DNA of 47,500 nucleotides, counting the filler, from Jimgerdemannia flammicorona (Eukaryota), in the NCBI GenBank assembly GCA_003990765.1. It is 2 parts of 2 records of this genome, joined end to end, with 100 filler letters (N's around TTAATTAATTAA, not from the genome) between each part and the next. Parts side by side here need not be neighbours in the genome. Positions count along the whole stretch, not along the records: positions 23,804 to 47,500 come from RBNJ01001077.1; 1 more part is not named here. One strand, 5' to 3'. The notes under the pieces were generated by a model, which made no database searches, was not told the DNA's origin, and saw only the letters and a list, made by a program, of their open reading frames with translations. Both the position numbers and the translations under genes were made by a program. Shown in pieces: positions 46,915-47,500 of this stretch. Position 1 is the first letter of the stretch. Each line of letters opens with the position of its first letter.

Positions 46915-47500
46915 GGATATAAGCCTGGCCTTCGGGCCTCTTCTTTTCCTGGGATATATTTTTTGCGACACTACTTTTCTTACATTTGATTAGGGCGTTC
47001 GAAGACCGTTTCGGTTCACAGCAACGCATTCTCATTTTGGGTCCTGGCAGTCCCAAGTGGGCAACCATGCGGTTTTGTTTATTTAGCCTCCTTACCCTTT
47101 CCCTGCCTGGCCATCACCGCGCGAGTCTTCACGAAGGCGCCGCGTTTCTGTGGACAGGCGAGCCGAAGAAGGAATGTACGCAAGCGAGGTCGTAGATGCA
47201 AGACAACGGCTTATGTTGCCTTCAATGTCCGTCTTTATTATTCCCTTCCTTTCTCTTTAGGCGCAGGAGATTTATCGATTCTATAGCTCGTATTCCCGAA
47301 TGGTGCGTCGTCCCACAGAAGCATTCACAAAAAAAAAATTATCCCCATCTTACAGCCATTCCTTTTAGTCTGGCCACGCTCGTCCCGCTCGCCGGAGTAT
47401 GCCCAGTCCAACCATTGCTTCATCAGCCCGGATGTCACAATAGGTCTTCTATTCGACCGCTGTCCTTGTTGCGCCCTCTGTCGTGCTGGGTTGCTGGACC
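46915..47500 (+). other. probable promoter and 5' part of an intron-rich host gene running off the window
   Basis: CpG content returns at ~46600, TATAAA near 46917, and short candidate exons between AG/GT sites (~47261-47289, ~47369-47396, ~47443 onward). Product not recognised. Confidence 0.3.

Overview
Eukaryotic DNA, almost certainly fungal; protein style and intron density suggest an early-diverging, Mucoromycota-like lineage (inference). An artificial 100-bp contig linker (N44-TTAATTAATTAA-N44, 23704-23803) splits the window, so the halves may not be neighbours. Left half: a young but inactivated Ty1/copia element nested in a decayed Ty3/gypsy gag, then a CpG-rich island with two divergent host genes. 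These are a 12-exon F-BAR/RhoGAP gene with a 16 x 24-bp coding minisatellite and an intronless 1712-aa MET5-type sulfite reductase beta subunit. Right half: a CpG-empty transposon graveyard with two head-to-head APE-RT LINEs, a gypsy pol relic, two palindromic hAT-type MITEs, a long-TIR element and a Penelope-like element (PLE). Best candidates for novelty: (1) the PLE, which lacks an endonuclease, has a gag-like ORF1 with twin C-x2-C-x5-H-x2-WH-x4/5-C-x-H motifs, a candidate -1 frameshift into RT, direct and fold-back terminal repeats, and sits inside a LINE 3' UTR without a TSD; (2) a graded, transition-only, repeat-restricted C-to-T hypermutation (RIP-like); (3) a 90-bp palindrome centred on a MITE target-site duplication, resembling a fossil hAT hairpin intermediate. 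All alignments were done by eye and no database searches were run.
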